Virus record (IMG/VR): IMGVR_UViG_3300027374_000004
DNA: 64,000 bases
Source: an uncultured virus (IMG/VR IMGVR_UViG_3300027374_000004)
Taxonomy: Duplodnaviria; Heunggongvirae; Uroviricota; Caudoviricetes
Direction: 5' to 3' (one strand)
Below are positions 63,759 through 64,000 of the stretch, piece by piece; positions within the stretch are counted from its first letter, which is position 1, and the number at the start of each line of letters is the position of its first letter. The position numbers were made by a program, and so were the translations under genes. The notes beneath the pieces are model-generated. The model ran no database searches. It was not told the DNA's origin and saw nothing but the letters and a program-made list of their open reading frames with translations.

Positions 63759-64000
63759 ATGGCAAAAGCAAAAAGGCTACCTAGCGGGAGCTGGAGAGTA
63801 CAAGTGTTTGTCGGTAAGGAGGACGGAAAAAGAAGATATAAGTCCTTTACTGCGGAATCAAAATGGGAGGCTGAATATCAAGCCAGCCAGTATGCCAGGA
63901 ATCGCAAGGAGAGAAAAAATGTGATGAATATCACCGTCTGTGAAGCTGTTACTCGTTATATAGACAGCAAGGATGGGGTTATTTCACCGGCTACAATAAG
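63759..64000 (+). CDS. int: Tyrosine integrase, N-terminal part
   Basis: Manual: MAKAKRLPSGSWRVQVFVGK.DGKRRYKSFTA...YIDSK..VISPATI; AGGAGG SD. Confidence 0.88.
   Translation, partial: MAKAKRLPSGSWRVQVFVGKEDGKRRYKSFTAESKWEAEYQASQYARNRKERKNVMNITVCEAVTRYIDSKDGVISPATI

Larger units (their letters stand above)
10798..64000 (-). mobile_element. Temperate myovirus prophage (lambda-like head, P2-like contractile tail), right end beyond window
   Basis: Ordered lysis, tail, head, packaging, replication, immunity and integrase modules; att at the left end. Confidence 0.96.

Overview
The window holds two separate phage-derived elements in what looks like a Clostridia-type (Bacillota) chromosome; the taxon is inferred from gene families and SD/promoter style. 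(1) 1-~8800, minus strand: a compact, visibly GC-richer cluster of small and large terminase, a small basic protein, scaffold, decoration protein, major capsid, adaptor-like protein, beta-helix tail spike, two CD1375-like proteins, holin and amidase. It has no portal, tail tube, replication, repressor or integrase gene in view and starts at an activator-type late promoter, so it is a candidate domesticated (gene-transfer-agent-like or helper-dependent) particle system. (2) 10798->64000: a near-complete temperate myovirus prophage with a lambda-like head and P2-like contractile tail. It is bounded on the left by a duplicated tRNA-Gln 3' end and runs off the right edge inside a tyrosine integrase. 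The two elements share a homologous spike-to-lysis block, including a near-identical structured intergenic sequence. The prophage also carries a HEPN-like moron, a small-ORF cassette with a degenerate hammerhead ribozyme, a transporter/ParB/IbrA/IbrB module whose leader peptide mimics the transporter N-terminus, a putative CI-mimicking antirepressor, several antisense promoters and a few inactivating lesions. All product calls come from motif and synteny recognition by eye, with no database search.
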